A DNA stretch of 37,578 nucleotides from Candidatus Yonathbacteria bacterium RIFCSPHIGHO2_01_FULL_51_10 (GTDB taxonomy: Bacteria > Patescibacteriota > Minisyncoccia > Phycocordibacterales > UBA1539_B), in the NCBI GenBank assembly GCA_001823505.1, contig MHUS01000010.1, forward strand, positions 39,785 through 77,362, written 5' to 3'. Positions 1 to 8,270 of this stretch are shown here, one piece after another (positions within the stretch are counted from its first letter, which is position 1; each line of letters starts with the position of its first letter). The position numbers and the translations under genes were made by a program. The notes below the pieces were generated by a model that saw only the letters and a list, made by a program, of their open reading frames with translations, searched no databases and was not told where the DNA came from.

Positions 1-896
1 AGTCCACGTTTCTCTACGAGCTCGTCCACAAGAACCTGCAGGCGCGATTTGAGCATAAGTACCGAAGCAACGAGGTTTTTAATTGCGAGAGTTTTTCCGG
101 GACGGAGTACTTGCATCGTACTGTGCTCATAGACCAATCACCGATCGGGCGCACGCCACGATCCAATCCGGCCACCTACACCGGTGCCTTTACCTTCATT
201 CGTGACCTATTCGCAGAGACGGAGGAGGCGCGTATTCGCGGTTGGGGACCGGGGCGATTTTCCTTCAACGTGAAGGGCGGCCGGTGTGAGACCTGTCAGG
301 GTAATGGCACGATCGCGGTGGAAATGCACTTCCTTCCGACGGTGTACGTGACCTGTGATGTGTGCGAGGGTAAGCGTTTTGAAAAAGAGACGCTTGAGGT
401 CAAGTATAAAAAGAAAAATATCTATGAGGTGCTCCGCATGACGGTTGAGGAAGCGTTTAGTTTTTTTGAGGATATTCCGGCCATTTATGATCGACTTAAA
501 ACCTTGATGGATGTTGGGCTCAGCTACCTTGAGCTCGGTCAGTCGGCGACAACGCTCTCCGGCGGAGAGGCGCAGCGAGTTAAAATTTCCTCAGAACTCT
601 TTCGTCCCTATCATGAAAGCACGATCTATCTCCTTGATGAGCCGACCGTAGGGCTTCACTACGAAGACGTCCGTAAGCTGATCGAGATACTCCAGAAGCT
701 GGTTGACCGCGGGAACTCAGTTGTTTTGATCGAGCACAACATGGATGTGATCAAGAGCGCTGACTATGTCATTGATATCGGCCCTGAAGGAGGTGCCGGC
801 GGGGGGAACATCGTCGCACGCGGCACTCCGGAGCAAATTGCAGCGAACGCGAAATCCCACACGGGGAAATATTTGAAAAAGGTGCTGAAGAAATAA
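1..896 (+). CDS. uvrA: excinuclease ABC subunit A, C-terminal part (5' end lies outside the window)
   Basis: Frame is open from base 3. Translation includes [20 protein letters not shown], Cys pairs CETCQGNG / [12 protein letters not shown] signature LSGGEAQR and Walker [12 protein letters not shown] stop at 894-896. Confidence 0.95.
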   Translation, partial: STFLYELVHKNLQARFEHKYRSNEVFNCESFSGTEYLHRTVLIDQSPIGRTPRSNPATYTGAFTFIRDLFAETEEARIRGWGPGRFSFNVKGGRCETCQGNGTIAVEMHFLPTVYVTCDVCEGKRFEKETLEVKYKKKNIYEVLRMTVEEAFSFFEDIPAIYDRLKTLMDVGLSYLELGQSATTLSGGEAQRVKISSELFRPYHESTIYLLDEPTVGLHYEDVRKLIEILQKLVDRGNSVVLIEHNMDVIKSADYVIDIGPEGGAGGGNIVARGTPEQIAANAKSHTGKYLKKVLKK

Positions 897-930
897 AGGA
901 TCCCCGCGGCAAGCCGAGGAGCTAATAGAA

Positions 931-958
931 AAATGGCCCCGTCGAAACGGAGCCATTT
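931..958 (+). terminator. imperfect hairpin between convergent uvrA and the 110-aa ORF
   Basis: AATGGCCCCG (932-941) pairs with CGGAGCCATT (948-957) with one mismatch and a 6-nt loop. The T tail is weak. Confidence 0.35.
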
Positions 959-972
959 GTGATAGGCGTCAA

Positions 973-1305
973 TCATCGCGCAGCTCCAGAGGCGTCTACG
1001 CGTAATTGATTCCATGCCTCGTCGCATACAGCAGGCGGTACTGCGCGGGGGCGCCCTTGCCGCAATTTAGCATATTTTTTAGTGAAGGAATTGATCAAGG
1101 TACGGTTGATCTCACCCGTTTGGTCGAGAACACATCTCGTTGGCTGAAAATAAACCTCCTGCTTCCCAAGAAGAAACCAGAAAGCTCCGTCCACCTCTTT
1201 TTTTCGTGGGACCAAATTCCCCATACTTCCATGGAAACTCCCCTCTATCGCGTCGTACAATCCCGGGAACACACGTTCCATCAGCAATAGTTGCGGTACT
1301 TTCAT
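973..1305 (-). CDS. hypothetical protein, 110 aa (second gene of orphan bicistron)
   Basis: ATG at 1305 is preceded by SD AAGGGAGA (1312-1319, minus) at 6-nt spacing. Its start overlaps the stop of the upstream ORF by 4 nt (ATGA). No motif I recognise. Confidence 0.55.
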   Translation of the reverse strand: MKVPQLLLMERVFPGLYDAIEGSFHGSMGNLVPRKKEVDGAFWFLLGKQEVYFQPTRCVLDQTGEINRTLINSFTKKYAKLRQGRPRAVPPAVCDEAWNQLRVDASGAAR

Positions 1306-1724
1306 GAGTATTCTCCCTTGGAAAATACGAGAAGGGTTGAACCATTTAATACTTCAAAAGACCCGGCCGCGACAAGAGTTGCTCGATTCTGTTGCCAAAG
1401 CACCTCGCAGATCTTGGCAACAACAATGCGCGAATAGATGACATCGTTCTGCTGGCCGTGGAGCAATTCAAGTGTTTCTGCACAGGCCTGCGCTACGAGC
1501 TCAATCATCTCACATTTTTCCATGCGCGATCCGGCAGGGATGTAACCCCTCATTACGAGAAGTGCCCCCGTTGAGACCATCAGTTCAACTTCAGAAATTA
1601 TAACGCGGACTGTCGTACGGAGGTTTCTCGTGCTACACCTTGTACGCACTTCATTCCCAATCACCCGACTGACATGTTTTCGTGCGTGGATCAGCCATTG
1701 ATCTGTTGTCGTTGCTACGCTCAT
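1302..1724 (-). CDS. hypothetical protein, 140 aa (first gene of orphan bicistron)
   Basis: The ORF track starts at a TTG (1859) that would overlap uvrC. The internal ATG at 1724 has SD AAGGGGG (1734-1740, minus) at 9-nt spacing and lies downstream of a sigma70-like promoter. No motif recognised. Confidence 0.5.
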   Translation of the reverse strand: MSVATTTDQWLIHARKHVSRVIGNEVRTRCSTRNLRTTVRVIISEVELMVSTGALLVMRGYIPAGSRMEKCEMIELVAQACAETLELLHGQQNDVIYSRIVVAKICEVLWQQNRATLVAAGSFEVLNGSTLLVFSKGEYS

Positions 1725-1758
1725 GGCATCGTACCCCCTTCGTGGTTGCTCTTTATGT

Positions 1759-1786
1759 AGCATAGCGCGGGTAAGCAAAACGTCAA
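1759..1786 (-). promoter_or_regulatory. sigma70-like promoter for the orphan bicistron
   Basis: On the minus strand: TTGACG (1786-1781), 16 nt, TATGCT (1764-1759), about 28 nt upstream of ATG 1724. Confidence 0.45.
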
Positions 1787-1798
1787 GGGCTGCAAGGT

Positions 1799-1826
1799 TT
1801 GCCCAAAGCTTTTTGGGATGTATACT
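1799..1826 (+). promoter_or_regulatory. promoter of uvrC (leaderless-like geometry)
   Basis: TTGCCC (1799-1804), 16 nt, TATACT (1821-1826), then 8 nt to ATG 1835. No SD. Confidence 0.45.
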
Positions 1827-1834
1827 GCCGTCAT

Positions 1835-3043
1835 ATGAAATGGACCGCCAGGGTTTCAAAAACTCTCCCCAAGACTCCCGGGGTGTACCAATTCATCGGG
1901 GAAAAGGGGAAGATCCTCTATATCGGTAAGGCGACATCACTGCGTGACCGCGTGAGAAGCTACTTCGATGTTGATATTGCAGGCACGCGCGGTGCTCATA
2001 TCCAAAACATGGTGGAACGGGCACGGCGCGTAAAAGTTATTCCCACCGACTCGGTCCTTGAAGCGCTGCTGCTTGAAGCGGAACTCATCCGAGCTCATCG
2101 CCCTCCGTCCAACACAAAAGAGAAAGACGACAAGAGCTGGAATCACATTGTCATCACCGACGAAGATTTTCCGCGGGTACTCATTGTCCGTGGGAAGGAG
2201 CTTCGGGATGGTACCAACGAGAAGCTGTTCAAGGTCAAACGGGTATTTGGGCCATTCCCGCACGGCACCACTCTGCGAGAAGCGCTGCGTATCATTCGAA
2301 AGATCTTTCCGTTCCGTGATAAATGTACTCCAGGGATAGGGCGACCATGCTTTAATGCGCAGATCGGCCTTTGTCCCGGGGTGTGTGTGGGGACAGTGAG
2401 TAAGGCAGAGTACGCAAAAACTATCCGCAGCATTATGCTGTTTTGCGGCGGCAAGAAGAAGCAACTCATCGCGACACTCAAGCGTGAGATGAACGCTGCG
2501 GCAAAGAAATTTGAATTTGAAAAAGCCGGCAAGATACAGCGTACAATATTTTCCCTTGAGCACATTCATGATGTGGCGCTCCTTAAGCGGGAGGCAGTTT
2601 CTTCAGTGATCCGCATTGAAGCATACGACATTGCCCATATGAGCGGTAAGGCCATGTCAGGGGCTATGACCGTCATTGTGGACGGGGAGCCTGATCATGC
2701 GGAATATCGCAAATTCACCATCAAGTCAGTGCAGGGGAGTAACGACACTGCCGCGCTTAAAGAGGTCCTTGCGCGGCGCTTTGCGCATCCTGAGTGGCCT
2801 TATCCGCGACTTATCGTCATTGACGGCGGCTTGGCGCAAAAGAATGCTGCGGAAGCGGTTCTAAGAGAGTTGGGAGTTGGTATTCCCGTGGTAAGTGTGG
2901 TTAAGGATGACCGCCATCGCGCGCGGGAGATCATGGGGGAGAAGCGCTACGCAACACAGTTTGAAAAAGAGATCATTCTCGCGAATGCGGAGTCCCATCG
3001 CTTTGCGCTGAAGCATCATAAAGTATTGCGACGCCTTACATGA
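1835..3043 (+). CDS. uvrC: excinuclease ABC subunit C, short form (402 aa) without C-terminal (HhH)2 domain
   Basis: GIY-YIG (PGVYQFIGEKGKILYIGKATSLRDRVRSYF). UVR-like helix pair (LKREMNAAAKKFEFEKAGKIQRTIFSL). RNase H-like nuclease domain (IEAYDIAHMSG...YRKFTIKS...LIVIDGGLAQ...ESHRFALKHH). ATG 1835 chosen over TTG 1799. Confidence 0.9.
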   Translation: MKWTARVSKTLPKTPGVYQFIGEKGKILYIGKATSLRDRVRSYFDVDIAGTRGAHIQNMVERARRVKVIPTDSVLEALLLEAELIRAHRPPSNTKEKDDKSWNHIVITDEDFPRVLIVRGKELRDGTNEKLFKVKRVFGPFPHGTTLREALRIIRKIFPFRDKCTPGIGRPCFNAQIGLCPGVCVGTVSKAEYAKTIRSIMLFCGGKKKQLIATLKREMNAAAKKFEFEKAGKIQRTIFSLEHIHDVALLKREAVSSVIRIEAYDIAHMSGKAMSGAMTVIVDGEPDHAEYRKFTIKSVQGSNDTAALKEVLARRFAHPEWPYPRLIVIDGGLAQKNAAEAVLRELGVGIPVVSVVKDDRHRAREIMGEKRYATQFEKEIILANAESHRFALKHHKVLRRLT

Positions 3044-3070
3044 AAAGGGGCCTCAAGGTGAGGCCCCTTT
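3044..3070. terminator. bidirectional intrinsic terminator
   Basis: Perfect 12-bp stem AAAGGGGCCTCA / TGAGGCCCCTTT with a 3-nt loop. A-run and T-run flanks sit between convergent uvrC and 3098-3358. Confidence 0.75.
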
Positions 3071-3097
3071 ATGAAAGTCGCAGATTTTTTCTTTGAC

Positions 3098-3358
3098 TTA
3101 CACTCTGCGTCTTCGTGCTGGTCGGCGATACATTACTGCGTCTGCTGAAAAAATTGGGTTCATTCCTACGTTGTGATGCCCCGGAGGAATGACAACCGGG
3201 TTACCTTTACGAAGTAAGATGAGCGATAAGCAGTGCCCCATCTCATCGCACTGGACTACTCGCGCTACTTCAAAGGACCCCCTTCCAAATATCGCTCGTC
3301 CTGCTTTCTTGAGGTACACCTTCTTCCCCTTTTCACTCTGCAGTTGTGTCGTTGCCAT
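3098..3358 (-). CDS. hypothetical small basic protein, 86 aa
   Basis: ATG 3358 is preceded by GGAGGG (3365-3370, minus) at 6-nt spacing. Arg-rich C-terminus (RRPARRRRV). The longer ORF-track start (3448) would run into its own promoter. Confidence 0.55.
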   Translation of the reverse strand: MATTQLQSEKGKKVYLKKAGRAIFGRGSFEVARVVQCDEMGHCLSLILLRKGNPVVIPPGHHNVGMNPIFSADAVMYRRPARRRRV

Positions 3359-3391
3359 ACAGTACCCTCCGGTCTTTGTTGTGAGGCGCCT

Positions 3392-3420
3392 ATAATAGTA
3401 TGGATTTGTGTTTTTGTCAA
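3392..3420 (-). promoter_or_regulatory. sigma70-like promoter for the 86-aa gene
   Basis: Minus strand: TTGACA (3420-3415), 17 nt, TATTAT (3397-3392). Confidence 0.55.
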
Positions 3421-3431
3421 TTACCATTTGT

Positions 3432-3461
3432 TTGACAAAACACCACATACTATGCTATAAT
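3432..3461 (+). promoter_or_regulatory. sigma70-like promoter for the 203-aa membrane protein gene
   Basis: TTGACA (3432-3437), 18 nt, TATAAT (3456-3461). SD GGGAGG lies 6 nt before ATG 3497. Confidence 0.6.
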
Positions 3462-3496
3462 ACAGCCAGAGTAAATTACTTTAAGGGAGGCCCTAG

Positions 3497-4108
3497 ATGG
3501 GCACTATCATCTTTTGTTTGATTCTGGTACTGACAGGAATGTCGGTATGGGTGTTCTTTAAAAACGTGACGGGAGCAAACACCCGACCAAGCATTCTTGC
3601 ATGGTTTATCATCTCTATAACTACCGGCATCGCGCTTGCTTCGTTTCTCTGCAATCTTTCTGTTTTGAATGAAGCAAACATCGCTAAAGGTGCGCTATTT
3701 TTCGCAAATTTTGGTGCATCGGTTGTGATATTTTTACGGCTGCTATACTTGGGAGGCTACAACTTGAAACTTAGCGTGTTCGATAAAGTTTCAAGTGTTG
3801 CGGCTACATGGATTCTGATATATTGGTTTTTGTCAGATGATCCAGTTGGCGCAAATCTCTGCACACAAGGACTTATGATCATCTCTTACTGTTTAATTAT
3901 CGAGAGAGTCGTGAAAACAAAAGGGAAGAGTGATAATCGTTTGTTTTGGTGGTGTGCGGTTGGGATGAGCATTTTATCTCTCGTCTCTATCCAAGGTGGT
4001 GGAATCCTTGAAGCGGTAAACACATATCGGTCGATTATTTCGACCAGTGCCGTTCTTGGAACAATCTACTATTTCCGCGTTAAGCAATGTGCTCAGAAAG
4101 TTACCTGA
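3497..4108 (+). CDS. hypothetical multi-pass membrane protein, 203 aa
   Basis: Several hydrophobic 20-aa segments, a strong SD, its own promoter and terminator. No family recognised. Confidence 0.7.
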   Translation: MGTIIFCLILVLTGMSVWVFFKNVTGANTRPSILAWFIISITTGIALASFLCNLSVLNEANIAKGALFFANFGASVVIFLRLLYLGGYNLKLSVFDKVSSVAATWILIYWFLSDDPVGANLCTQGLMIISYCLIIERVVKTKGKSDNRLFWWCAVGMSILSLVSIQGGGILEAVNTYRSIISTSAVLGTIYYFRVKQCAQKVT

Positions 4109-4122
4109 GCACGCAAGGACTC

Positions 4123-4153
4123 ACCGCGCATTCGCAAGAATGCGCGGTTTTTT
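4123..4153 (+). terminator. intrinsic terminator
   Basis: ACCGCGCATTC / GAATGCGCGGT stem, GCAA loop, followed by TTTTTT. Confidence 0.7.
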
Positions 4154-4176
4154 GTTCATGCCCCTTCACCACCTTT

Positions 4177-4629
4177 TTAACCTAAAAGTTCTTCGACCAC
4201 TTGTTTGACATCGTTTCCATCTGCTTTGCCGCCCAGCTCTTTGATGACCGCGCCCATGAGCATGCCCATCTTTGCTTTGTCGGTTACGCCAAGTTCCACT
4301 TTCTTGGTTTCCGCCACTTTTCTGATCTCATCTTTAGACATGGTCGCGGGGAGATACGTTTCAAGGACGGCAAGTTCTTCTTTTTCTTGTTCGGCAAGTT
4401 CCGGACGCCCACCTTTTACAAACTGGTCTATCGAGTCTTTGCGCTGTTTCGCAAGACGTTTGATGACTGCGAGTGCGGCATCATCGGCAAGTTCGTCCTG
4501 CGGCTTCATACCCTTCGCAACCAGTTCGTTGGTGAACGCGGTAAGCATGCCCCGCAGAACGCTTAGTTTAACAACCTCTTTTGCACGCATGGCCTCTTTG
4601 ATCTGGCCACGAAGCTCTTGATGGATCAT
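4177..4629 (-). CDS. yqeY: GatB/YqeY domain protein
   Basis: Full-length resemblance to the YqeY family: LRGQIKEAMRAKE..LSVLRGMLTAF..VIKRLAKQRKDSI..AELAVLETYLP..MGMLMGAVIKELGGKADG. Confidence 0.9.
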   Translation of the reverse strand: MIHQELRGQIKEAMRAKEVVKLSVLRGMLTAFTNELVAKGMKPQDELADDAALAVIKRLAKQRKDSIDQFVKGGRPELAEQEKEELAVLETYLPATMSKDEIRKVAETKKVELGVTDKAKMGMLMGAVIKELGGKADGNDVKQVVEELLG

Positions 4630-4687
4630 ATGAATGTTTATGAATTAGAATAGGAGCATTATAGTACAACGGTGGATTGACGGCATA

Positions 4688-4716
4688 TTGACTTTAAAAC
4701 TTATTTATGGTAATAT
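4688..4716 (+). promoter_or_regulatory. sigma70-like promoter for the GGDEF gene
   Basis: TTGACT (4688-4693), 17 nt, TAATAT (4711-4716). Confidence 0.5.
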
Positions 4717-4755
4717 ACTAAAAGGTTGTACACTATTGTAAAAAGGGGGTGCAAG

Positions 4756-5382
4756 ATGGCAAAGAAAGATTTAGATGGTAGCAAAAAGGACCTCGAAAAA
4801 CGGTTGCGGAAACTCGCGATCGAAAATAAGCAATTGAAGATTGCGCTGGAGCGCGCGAATGCAATTGCTTGCTATGATTCTCTCACCGGAGTATACACTC
4901 GGAGAGAACTCATGGAGCATGGAGAGTACTTCATGAAGCTTCTCAATGGACGTTACATTGAAGGAAACATGCGAACGGTACGCCCACATATGACTGAGCT
5001 CGCGGTGTGTTTTATTGATCTCAACGATCTAAAGAAGATTAATAATACACAAGGGCATCATTCGGGGGACGAAGCACTCGCAAGTTTTGCTCAGTGCATC
5101 AAGGAAAGCATACGCGACACAGACGTCCTTGGACGCTATGGTGGGGACGAATTTGTTGTTTTGTTCCCAAATCAGTCGCTTGTGGACGCAAGAAAGATTG
5201 TTCGCAAGATGCGTGCATCTATTGGTCGAACAGTCACTGGGAGAAATGGGATTCCTCTCAGCGCCTCGTTTGGCGTAGCATCTACGTCTGAAGGCCATAC
5301 AACACTTTCAGATCTGATGGCGATTGCGGATGGACGAATGTATCGTGACAAGGATAGGCAAAAAAAGGGCAGGGCGGCTTAA
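4756..5382 (+). CDS. diguanylate cyclase (coiled-coil N-terminus plus GGDEF domain, 208 aa)
   Basis: YDSLTGVYTRR, intact RYGGDEF active site, RxxD (RDTD) five residues upstream (I-site position). ATG 4756 with SD AAGGGGG preferred over TTG 4726. Confidence 0.9.
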   Translation: MAKKDLDGSKKDLEKRLRKLAIENKQLKIALERANAIACYDSLTGVYTRRELMEHGEYFMKLLNGRYIEGNMRTVRPHMTELAVCFIDLNDLKKINNTQGHHSGDEALASFAQCIKESIRDTDVLGRYGGDEFVVLFPNQSLVDARKIVRKMRASIGRTVTGRNGIPLSASFGVASTSEGHTTLSDLMAIADGRMYRDKDRQKKGRAA

Positions 5383-5396
5383 TTACGCTCACCCCG

Positions 5397-5431
5397 CGGC
5401 GGGACTGGAAACAGCCCCGCCGTATTTTTTT
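5397..5431 (+). terminator. intrinsic terminator
   Basis: GC stem CGGCGGG / CCCGCCG with a 12-nt loop, followed by TATTTTTTT. Confidence 0.6.
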
Positions 5432-5477
5432 GCCCAAAATACACCCATAGCAACTTTTTTGATATACTGTTCCCAAT

Positions 5478-8240
5478 ATGGCGCACCAAAAAACACTTCC
5501 CTGGCACTCATTTGGACTTGAAGAATCCAACAAACATCTTCGCACTAACTTTGAAAAAGGCCTCACCAACGAAGAAGCAGTTGCGCGTCTCAGAAAATAT
5601 GGAGCAAATACGTTCGGAGAAATACAGCGCGAGAGCATCTTCTTGCGCGTCTTCACACAATTCAAAAATCCGCTCGTCGCAATGCTCCTCATTGGGTTTT
5701 TTGCAACACTTGTCTTTAAGGAGTATCTGGACATGACAGTGATCCTTGCCGCGCTCTGTATCAATGTCATTGTCAGTATCATCCAAGAAGCCCGTGCAGG
5801 AAAAGCATTTGAGAAACTCGTCTCCTCGCAGGAGCGCACTGCGCAGGTCATGCGCGATGGGGAGAAGAAGCTTATCTCCGCTCGTGACCTGGTCTTGGGT
5901 GACATTATTTTTCTTGAGACCGGTACGCGTGTGCCCGCGGATGCACGAATCATCGACGAGCGGGACCTCAGTTTTGATGAATCGGCGCTTACCGGGGAAT
6001 CAATGGAAACGGAGAAAGCGGCCGGCAGGCTTCCTTTGGAAATGCACATCGCCGAGCGCACGAACATGGCGTGGATGGGGACGCTTGCGGTGTCAGGAAG
6101 AGGGAAGGCGGTTGTTGTCGCAACAGGAGAGCGGACAGAGATGGGTGACATTGCCATAAGCTTGAATGATCTTGCTTCAGAGGCAACCCCGCTTCAGAAA
6201 AGCATTCATCGTCTCGCAAAGACGCTGGCTATCATCGCGGCCGGCGCAACTGCGCTCATCTTCGCCTTGGGTATCATGCGCGGACATCAGTTTTCCGAAA
6301 TGGTGCTCATGGCAGTCTCCGTGGGGATCGCCGCAATGCCCGAGGGGCTTCCGGTGGCAGTTACGGTCACGCTCATTATCGGGATGGAGGCGATCCTCCG
6401 ACGCGGGGGACTGGTACGTAATCTCCTTGCGGCGGAGACATTGGGGAGCACCACTATTATTTTGACTGACAAAACGGGTACGCTCACAAAAGCGGAGATG
6501 GAGGTTGCTCAAACGATCGCCCCGGACCATCTCGTGTCTGAAAAGAAGCATGCTGCCGGTGTGTCGGGGGCGCACGACGAGCAGATCCTTACCATGGCGA
6601 TCCTCGCCTCGGATGCATTCGTGGAAGGACGCGAGAGTCCACTTGCCGAGTGGGTGGTGCGCGGTCGGCCGGTAGAACGTGCGATCGTCCGCGCGGGGCT
6701 TGAGTCGGGGATAGACCCGAATGAACTTTTTCGTGAGACGCCGCGCATTGACTTCATGTCGTTTCAGTCCGAACGACGTTTTGGCGCGTCACTCCATAAA
6801 GGCACAAGCAAAACGATGCGGCATCTTTTTGTGACCGGCGCGCCAGAGTTCCTTCTGGCGTCATCGTCGTTCGTTCATATTGGGGATAAGCGCGTGAAGC
6901 TTACCGGCGCAATGCGCAAAGATCTTGAGGCGGTGATGCGACGCGAAAGCGCGGCAGGGATGCGGCTCATCGCAGTGTCGTATAAAAATGTGACATGGGA
7001 GAAACTCCCCCATGAGTCCGATCCAAATCTCGAGAAAGAAATGCTCGGTCAACTTACCTTCGGCGGGATCATCGCACTCCATGATCCACTTCGTCCTGAT
7101 GCTCGCACCGCGATCGAGACTGCACAAAAAGCAGGTACACGCGTCATTATGCTCACGGGCGACAACAAAGAGACCGCGCTTGCCATCGCCGAGAAGGCGG
7201 GAATCGCGCCGCAAGGAAGTCGTGCCGTTACGGGAGATGAAGTTGAAAAAATGACGGATAGTGAGCTTCTTCACGCACTCCGCGAGATCTCAGTCTTTGC
7301 GCGCGTGCTTCCGCACCAGAAGCTTCGCATCGCGCGGATCTTAAAAGGCGAGGGCGAAGTGGTGGCAATGACCGGAGACGGGGTGAACGATGCCCCGGCG
7401 CTTCGTGCGGCGGATATCGGCGTCGCACTCGGTGGCGGTACCGAAGTTGCCAAAGAAGCATCTGATCTCGTGCTCCTTGACGGCAGTTTCTCGGTCATCG
7501 TCGCGGCGATAGAAGAGGGGAGGCGTATCTTGGATAATTTAAAAAAGATCGTTTCGTATCTGGTGTCTACCAGCATGAGTGAAGTATTCATTGTGGGAGG
7601 TGCGCTTGTGGTGGGGGCACCGCTCCCGCTTTTGTCGTCGCAGATCATCTGGACGAAGATCGTAGAAGAAGGCTTCATGAATTTTGCATTTGCATTCGAG
7701 CCCAAAGAAGACAATTTGATGCGTCGCAATCCGCAAAGCTCATCAATGCGCACTATCCTCACCCCCAAGGTCAAGCGGCTCATTCTACTTATGAGTGTTA
7801 TCACCGGGGTGTTCTTGATCGGTTTATATTTCACGCTTCTCGCATTCGGCATGTCGATCGAGAAAGCACGCACATTGATGTTCATCGCGATCTCCATCGA
7901 TTCCATTTTCTTCGCGCTCTCGCTCAAAAATCTCCACAAGCCGATCTGGCGCATTCCTATTTTCTCAAATCGCTATCTTGTCTTCGCGCTCATCGGAAGT
8001 ATCGGCGCACTTATTTTGGCACTTGTTCTGCCACCACTACAGAAACTTCTCGCTATCGTTCCGGTGGGGATGGACGACATGGGGTTCATCATCGCGATCG
8101 GACTCATAAACCTCGTGGTGGTGGAGAGCGCGAAATATGCGGTTTTTCGCCACGATCAGCTTGAACACTTGAGCCAAAAGGAGCAACAGGAAACCAAAGA
8201 GGAGGGTGCGGCGCGCAGAGCGCGCCGCCTCGTGCGATAG
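5478..8240 (+). CDS. cation-transporting P-type ATPase (P2A, Ca2+/Mg2+-type), 920 aa
   Basis: TGES, DKTGTLT phosphorylation site, PEGLP in TM4, MLTGDNKETA, MTGDGVNDAPAL, about 10 TM segments. Confidence 0.95.
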   Translation: MAHQKTLPWHSFGLEESNKHLRTNFEKGLTNEEAVARLRKYGANTFGEIQRESIFLRVFTQFKNPLVAMLLIGFFATLVFKEYLDMTVILAALCINVIVSIIQEARAGKAFEKLVSSQERTAQVMRDGEKKLISARDLVLGDIIFLETGTRVPADARIIDERDLSFDESALTGESMETEKAAGRLPLEMHIAERTNMAWMGTLAVSGRGKAVVVATGERTEMGDIAISLNDLASEATPLQKSIHRLAKTLAIIAAGATALIFALGIMRGHQFSEMVLMAVSVGIAAMPEGLPVAVTVTLIIGMEAILRRGGLVRNLLAAETLGSTTIILTDKTGTLTKAEMEVAQTIAPDHLVSEKKHAAGVSGAHDEQILTMAILASDAFVEGRESPLAEWVVRGRPVERAIVRAGLESGIDPNELFRETPRIDFMSFQSERRFGASLHKGTSKTMRHLFVTGAPEFLLASSSFVHIGDKRVKLTGAMRKDLEAVMRRESAAGMRLIAVSYKNVTWEKLPHESDPNLEKEMLGQLTFGGIIALHDPLRPDARTAIETAQKAGTRVIMLTGDNKETALAIAEKAGIAPQGSRAVTGDEVEKMTDSELLHALREISVFARVLPHQKLRIARILKGEGEVVAMTGDGVNDAPALRAADIGVALGGGTEVAKEASDLVLLDGSFSVIVAAIEEGRRILDNLKKIVSYLVSTSMSEVFIVGGALVVGAPLPLLSSQIIWTKIVEEGFMNFAFAFEPKEDNLMRRNPQSSSMRTILTPKVKRLILLMSVITGVFLIGLYFTLLAFGMSIEKARTLMFIAISIDSIFFALSLKNLHKPIWRIPIFSNRYLVFALIGSIGALILALVLPPLQKLLAIVPVGMDDMGFIIAIGLINLVVVESAKYAVFRHDQLEHLSQKEQQETKEEGAARRARRLVR

Positions 8241-8270
8241 AGACACAAGAATGATATACTTCTTCTCAAC

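Noticed and set aside
973-1724. Naming the orphan bicistron as a specific toxin-antitoxin family (HEPN/MNT, PIN, RelE, MazF, HicAB).
   Set aside because: I could not find the diagnostic residues of any of these families by eye. Only the generic architecture is suggestive.
1725-1859. N-terminal extension of the 140-aa orphan to the TTG at 1859.
   Set aside because: It would overlap uvrC and lie upstream of the predicted promoter (-10 at 1764-1759). ATG 1724 has a proper SD.
5282-6157. Long minus-strand ORF (291 aa) and other long antisense ORFs inside the P-type ATPase gene, for example 7271-7954 and 6177-6575.
   Set aside because: They lie fully opposite a gene with unmistakable P-type ATPase motifs. 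Their translations are Ser/Arg/Ala-rich low-complexity sequence, typical of antisense frames. There is no SD or promoter.
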